Assembly (NCBI GenBank): GCA_016618085.1
Contig: JABLTG010000110.1
Span: 47,093 to 67,092, forward strand
Origin: Neovahlkampfia damariscottae
Lineage: Eukaryota
DNA length: 20,000 nt
Reading direction: 5' to 3'
The notes beneath the pieces were generated by a model, which was not told the origin of the DNA, searched no databases, and saw only the letters and a program-made list of their open reading frames with translations. The position numbers and the translations under genes are program-made. Shown here piece by piece: positions 19,140 to 20,000 of this stretch; position 1 is the first letter of the stretch; each line of letters starts with the position of its first letter.

Positions 19140-19411
19140 TAATTTCAAATTCAATCGGAATAATAATTCCAAAAAAGAAGTATGTAAATTCACCAGAATT
19201 GAGAATAAAATGATTGAAAGATTTTCATTATCCTAATTTATTCAAAAAAATTATTGGATATCCATTTTTGGATAGATGTATTGTATCCAAAAGGAGATTT
19301 TTGTATATCAATACACAAATTTGGTAACACACAAATTTCCGATTCACCAATAAATAGGTGAGAATTTAAAGAGTATTTCAACCAAAAAAAACAAATCAAC
19401 AACAAATTGGA

Positions 19412-20000
19412 ATGATCAACTCAAAAATTTTATTCATTCTCTTTTTTGCTTTTATTGCACAAATTTACTCACAAACATGTTTTGGACTTGATAAAACATC
19501 TGGTCAAGTTTGTTCTGCTTCAGGTGTTTGTGTTGCTAATGATAAATGCTCATGCTATTCTGGATATGATGGACAAATTTGCCAAAATAAAGCTAAATCT
19601 ACATGCAACTGGAATACTAATGTAATGACAAAAACCGACTTTTATCCAGTTTCAGATCCAACTAAACTTGATTTTAAAAATGATAAACTTGAAATGAGTA
19701 TTATGGCTCCATTAGTTACAAATAGATTAGATACCAAAATTTTTATTCAAAATTCAACTTTTAATCAATGTGCTTATCCTGGAAATAATGTTGAAAATAA
19801 TCTTGATGAAAATGGTCAATGTTACAATAGATTCGATTATTCACTCCCTTGGTCAACTGGTAAAAATTGTGGTTGGAAATTAGAAACTACAGATAGTGAA
19901 AGAATTTACAACGGAAATATGTATATTGAACAAAAAGAAAATATTGGAAGTATTAGAGGAACACCAATTCAAAGATTTCTCAAAAGAGTTATTCCTTTAA
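19412..20000 (+). CDS. Partial secreted/surface protein with an N-terminal EGF-like domain
   Basis: MINSKILFILFFAFIAQIYSQ signal peptide, then TCFGLDKTSGQVCSASGVCVANDKCSCYSGYDGQICQ (EGF-like, 'CFG...VCS..G.C...D.C.C..GY.G..C' style). Frame stays open to the window end. Confidence 0.88.
   Translation, partial: MINSKILFILFFAFIAQIYSQTCFGLDKTSGQVCSASGVCVANDKCSCYSGYDGQICQNKAKSTCNWNTNVMTKTDFYPVSDPTKLDFKNDKLEMSIMAPLVTNRLDTKIFIQNSTFNQCAYPGNNVENNLDENGQCYNRFDYSLPWSTGKNCGWKLETTDSERIYNGNMYIEQKENIGSIRGTPIQRFLKRVIPL

Noticed and set aside
1..20000. Prokaryotic or giant-virus origin suggested by high gene density
   Set aside because: Spliceosomal introns and a typically eukaryotic gene set (Ras, Pirh2, calpain, SLX9-like, EGF protein), with no viral hallmark genes or Shine-Dalgarno/operon pattern.

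Overview
Very AT-rich, gene-dense eukaryotic (protist) DNA read with the standard genetic code. It is probably from a heterolobosean (Naegleria-like) amoeba; this is inferred from the DUF4116-type repeat genes, a Naegleria-style EGF protein and tiny introns. I find 12 complete and 2 truncated protein-coding genes: a partial secreted protein, two DUF4116-type repeat proteins, RCHY1/Pirh2, a Ras/Rap-family GTPase, an SLX9-like protein, a Kelch-kinase-SAM-SAM protein, an RNI-like LRR protein, a cytochrome-b5-fused front-end desaturase, a calpain-SPRY-beta-trefoil protein, an MDR oxidoreductase, an alpha/beta hydrolase, a TPR-like protein and a partial EGF protein. Ten GT-AG introns of 29-47 nt were reconstructed by hand. 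No rRNA, tRNA, CRISPR array or recognisable mobile element was seen. The most interesting signals are a shared C-terminal tail motif on unrelated repeat proteins, the unusual calpain and kinase domain architectures, a CAAX-less Ras with an altered G4 box, and compact expression signals (CCAAT close to start codons, AATAAA fused to stop codons). All family assignments come from motif recognition, not database searches.
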